A DNA stretch of 32,000 bases. It comes from Candidatus Omnitrophota bacterium (GTDB taxonomy: Bacteria > Omnitrophota > Gorgyraeia > 2-01-FULL-45-10). The position numbers and the translations under genes were made by a program. Location: assembly GCA_023818895.1 (NCBI GenBank), contig JAMWCX010000001.1, forward strand, positions 30,001-62,000, read 5' to 3'. Under the pieces are notes generated by a model. That model made no database searches. It had not been told where the DNA came from and saw only the letters and a program-made list of their open reading frames with translations. Shown here piece by piece: positions 29,223 to 32,000 of this stretch. How positions within the stretch are numbered: position 1 is the stretch's first letter; every line of letters begins with the position of its first letter.

Positions 29223-29856
29223 CGAAAGCAAGACTATAGGCCATCTTGTTAAGGAGCTTCGGGCTAGGGACTTTACTGTATATGTCGTAGACGATGGCTC
29301 GACAGATGATACCGCTAAAATAGCCGAGGCAGATGGGGCAGTGGTGGTCAGGCATAAAAGGAACAAAGGTAAAGGGGCCTCGCTCAGAGAAGGATTTGCC
29401 CACATTCTGAAGAAAGGTTTTGAGGCTGTCATAGTGATGGACGGTGATGGCCAGCACCACGTCTCGGATATAAACAATTTTATGGACAAGATGAGCCAGA
29501 CCAGCGCCGATATCGTTATAGGCAACAGGATGCAGGATGTATCCACTATGCCGCCGGCCCGTATACGCACTAACCGTTTCATGTCGCGCCTAATATCACT
29601 TGTAGCCGGGTGCGATGTGCCTGATACTCAGTCTGGGTTCAGGCTTATAAAAAGGTCGGTTCTGGAAAAGTTGAAGTTTAAGTCATCTAATTATGAGATA
29701 GAGTCCGAGATGATCATAAGAGCCGCGCGAGCCGGTTTTAGGATAGAATCAGTTCCTATAAAAACGATCTATCAGGATGAGGTTAGCAGGATAGACCCTT
29801 TTATGGATACCCTGCGTTTTATCTGGTTCATCTTTAAGGCTATTTTTTACAGGTAA
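29185..29856 (+). CDS. GT2-family glycosyltransferase (polyprenol-phosphate / DPM-synthase-like, soluble catalytic domain)
   Basis: 223 aa. ICVLIPSYNES, VVDDGSTDDT and VMDGDGQH (DxD). 38-nt overlap with the upstream acyltransferase gene. Confidence 0.85.
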   Translation: MPKTICVLIPSYNESKTIGHLVKELRARDFTVYVVDDGSTDDTAKIAEADGAVVVRHKRNKGKGASLREGFAHILKKGFEAVIVMDGDGQHHVSDINNFMDKMSQTSADIVIGNRMQDVSTMPPARIRTNRFMSRLISLVAGCDVPDTQSGFRLIKRSVLEKLKFKSSNYEIESEMIIRAARAGFRIESVPIKTIYQDEVSRIDPFMDTLRFIWFIFKAIFYR

Positions 29857-29867
29857 ACACACCGGAT

Positions 29868-30395
29868 ATGAGGGCAAGGCTTAATAAAGGCTTGGTGCAT
29901 ATCTATACTGGAGGCGGCAAGGGCAAGTCTACGGCCGCTTTTGGCCTGGCTGTTCGCGCCGCTGGCGCGGGGCTAAGGGTATGCATACATCAGTTCATCA
30001 AGGCGGGCCGATGCGCCGAAAAAGATCTCTTAAAAAACATAAAGAATATAATAATCAAGCGGTGCGGCAATGGCCGCTTTATAAAGGGTTCAGCTAACGC
30101 TAAAGATATCGAATGCGCCAAAAAGGGATTTGAGGAAGCAAGGAAGGATATCCTTTCCGGAAAATATGACCTTATTATACTGGATGAGGTCAATATAGCC
30201 CTGAAGCTCGGTCTCATAAAGATCGATGAGGTCATAGAACTTATAAGACATAGACCGCGGTGCGTGGAGCTTGTGTTGACAGGTAGATGTTGCCCGAAAA
30301 AACTCTTAAGATACGCTGATGTGGTTACGGAGATGAGGAAGATAAAACACCCCTTCGACAAAGGGATACTTGCCCGCAAGGGGATAGAATACTAA
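29868..30395 (+). CDS. cobO: Cob(I)yrinic acid a,c-diamide / cob(I)alamin adenosyltransferase (CobA/CobO/BtuR type)
   Basis: 175 aa. YTGGGKGKSTAAFG P-loop, LILDEVN, LTGR and KHPFDKGILARKGIEY. Collinear with enterobacterial CobA as I recall it. Confidence 0.88.
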   Translation: MRARLNKGLVHIYTGGGKGKSTAAFGLAVRAAGAGLRVCIHQFIKAGRCAEKDLLKNIKNIIIKRCGNGRFIKGSANAKDIECAKKGFEEARKDILSGKYDLIILDEVNIALKLGLIKIDEVIELIRHRPRCVELVLTGRCCPKKLLRYADVVTEMRKIKHPFDKGILARKGIEY

Positions 30396-30409
30396 ATACC
30401 GATAAGAGG

Positions 30410-31036
30410 ATGTTACTATCCGCAGACACAACCTTTCGGAACGCCATTATCATATCGTTCGCGATACATATCTGTGTCCTCTGTCCTCTACATTGGAATT
30501 TTTATCTAAAAGATATGGCAAAAAAAATCGAAAACGTCATCGTAGATTACATAGTCCTTGAAGAAAGTCAACCGGCTGTTATCGTCGAGGCTGAGCCAAA
30601 ACAGCTTGAGACACCGAAATTGGATACTGCGCATAAAGTGGAGGCGTTTCCGACGCCGCCTATCGTATCGGCCTCAGAAAAAAGCCCTTCTAACAAAGAC
30701 TTTTCGCGTGAACTAGCCGAAAAACAGGCTAAAGTTAAGTCGACCAAAGATTATATTAATTACTACCAGCTTATCCGTGAGAAGATCCGACAGGCCCTCA
30801 AGCACCACTACAAGCGTTATCATAAGGAAGGCGAGGTTCGCCTGACGTTTATTCTCCGTTCGGACGGATCGCTTTCCTTCTTTGAAGTAGATAAAAGCGC
30901 CTCTGTGAGGGACGAGGTTTTAAGAGATATAGCTATAAGGAGCCTTAAGGAAGCCTCTCCGTTTTCGCCCTTTCCCAAGTCAGTCGATCTTCCGTCGATG
31001 TCCTTCGAAGTCACCGTGGTTTTCAAAAAAGAATAA
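30410..31036 (+). CDS. TonB-family protein (N-terminal membrane anchor, Pro-containing linker, TonB C-terminal domain)
   Basis: 208 aa. TM segment AIIISFAIHICVLCPL. C-terminal GEVRLTFILRSDGSLSFFEVDKSASVRDEVLRDIAIRSLKEASPFSPFP resembles the TonB_C fold pattern. Confidence 0.7.
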   Translation: MLLSADTTFRNAIIISFAIHICVLCPLHWNFYLKDMAKKIENVIVDYIVLEESQPAVIVEAEPKQLETPKLDTAHKVEAFPTPPIVSASEKSPSNKDFSRELAEKQAKVKSTKDYINYYQLIREKIRQALKHHYKRYHKEGEVRLTFILRSDGSLSFFEVDKSASVRDEVLRDIAIRSLKEASPFSPFPKSVDLPSMSFEVTVVFKKE

Positions 31037-31052
31037 AAATCTAACAAAATTC

Positions 31053-31080
31053 TTGACAAGTTTTCAGGTTTCGATATAAT
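31053..31080 (+). promoter_or_regulatory. Consensus sigma70 promoter of groESL
   Basis: TTGACA (31053-31058), 16-nt spacer, TATAAT (31075-31080). Immediately upstream of CIRCE. Confidence 0.8.
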
Positions 31081-31088
31081 AGCTTTTG

Positions 31089-31115
31089 TTAGCACTCGAT
31101 TAAGATGAGTGCTAA
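31089..31115 (+). promoter_or_regulatory. CIRCE operator (HrcA binding site)
   Basis: Perfect match to TTAGCACTC-N9-GAGTGCTAA: TTAGCACTC GATTAAGAT GAGTGCTAA. Confidence 0.95.
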
Positions 31116-31150
31116 AATTTAAACTAAAAATAAAAAGGAGGTATGAGAGT

Positions 31151-31438
31151 ATGAAGATACAACCACTGGCAGACAGGATAGTTGTGAAGGTCCTCGAAGC
31201 CAAAGAGGTGACGAAGGGCGGTATAGTGCTTCCCGATACAGCCAAAGAGAAGCCGCAGGAGGCGGAAGTTATCGCTATAGGAAAGGGAAGGGTCTCGGAC
31301 GATGGCAAGACGATAGCGCCTGAGGTAAAGGTGGGCGACAGGGTGCTTTTTGGTAAGTATTCTGGCACTGAAATAACTATGGATGGAAATGAATATCTTA
31401 TCTTGAAAGAGGAGGATATTCTGGCTATAGTAAAATAA
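31151..31438 (+). CDS. groES: Co-chaperonin GroES
   Basis: The ORF track begins at 31109 inside CIRCE. ATG 31151 follows an [11 protein letters not shown] and gives [14 protein letters not shown]..., 95 aa. Confidence 0.96.
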   Translation: MKIQPLADRIVVKVLEAKEVTKGGIVLPDTAKEKPQEAEVIAIGKGRVSDDGKTIAPEVKVGDRVLFGKYSGTEITMDGNEYLILKEEDILAIVK

Positions 31439-31505
31439 GGCATGGCGCATGGTATCTAACGGATAGGGAGAAGTTGTTCTATGCCGTTAAGCGCTAAAAA
31501 GATAA

Positions 31506-32000
<495 letters not shown>

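Overview
This window is almost entirely conserved housekeeping genome. I call 48 protein genes, all on the + strand, and by these calls the window is roughly 96% coding. Positions 1-18947 hold a contiguous str/S10/spc/alpha ribosomal super-operon: fusA (5'-truncated), tuf, rpsJ through rpsQ, rplN through rplO, secY, adk, map, infA, rpmJ, rpsM, rpsK, rpsD, rpoA and rplQ. It ends in the only clear intrinsic terminator in the window (18972-19010). rpmJ was missing from the ORF track and was found by eye. rpmD (L30) is absent. A terminator-free run follows at 19115-31036. It encodes an aspartate aminotransferase, a two-subunit LeuC/LeuD-type aconitase-family dehydratase, an IDH3-like isocitrate dehydrogenase and malate dehydrogenase. 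Next come lpdA-lipB-lipA plus a free-standing 76-aa lipoyl domain, an overlapping GT28/LpxL-like acyltransferase/GT2 triad, a CobA/CobO-type adenosyltransferase and a TonB-like protein. The window ends with a consensus sigma70 promoter, a perfect CIRCE operator, groES and the 5' part of groEL (also absent from the ORF track). I found no rRNA, tRNA, CRISPR array, transposase/integrase, or recognisable defence or toxin-antitoxin module. I cannot honestly point to a novel multi-gene system here. The items most worth a second look are the orphan lipoyl-carrier module, the LeuCD-like putative aconitase in a TCA-branch operon, the glycolipid gene triad, a four-cysteine L24, a divergent EF-Tu switch-I segment, long extensions on several ribosomal proteins, and three unusually long or repetitive spacers inside the ribosomal operon. 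The EF-Tu signature, the loss of L30 and the extended r-proteins loosely suggest a PVC-type lineage (Planctomycetota/Omnitrophota-like), which is inference only.
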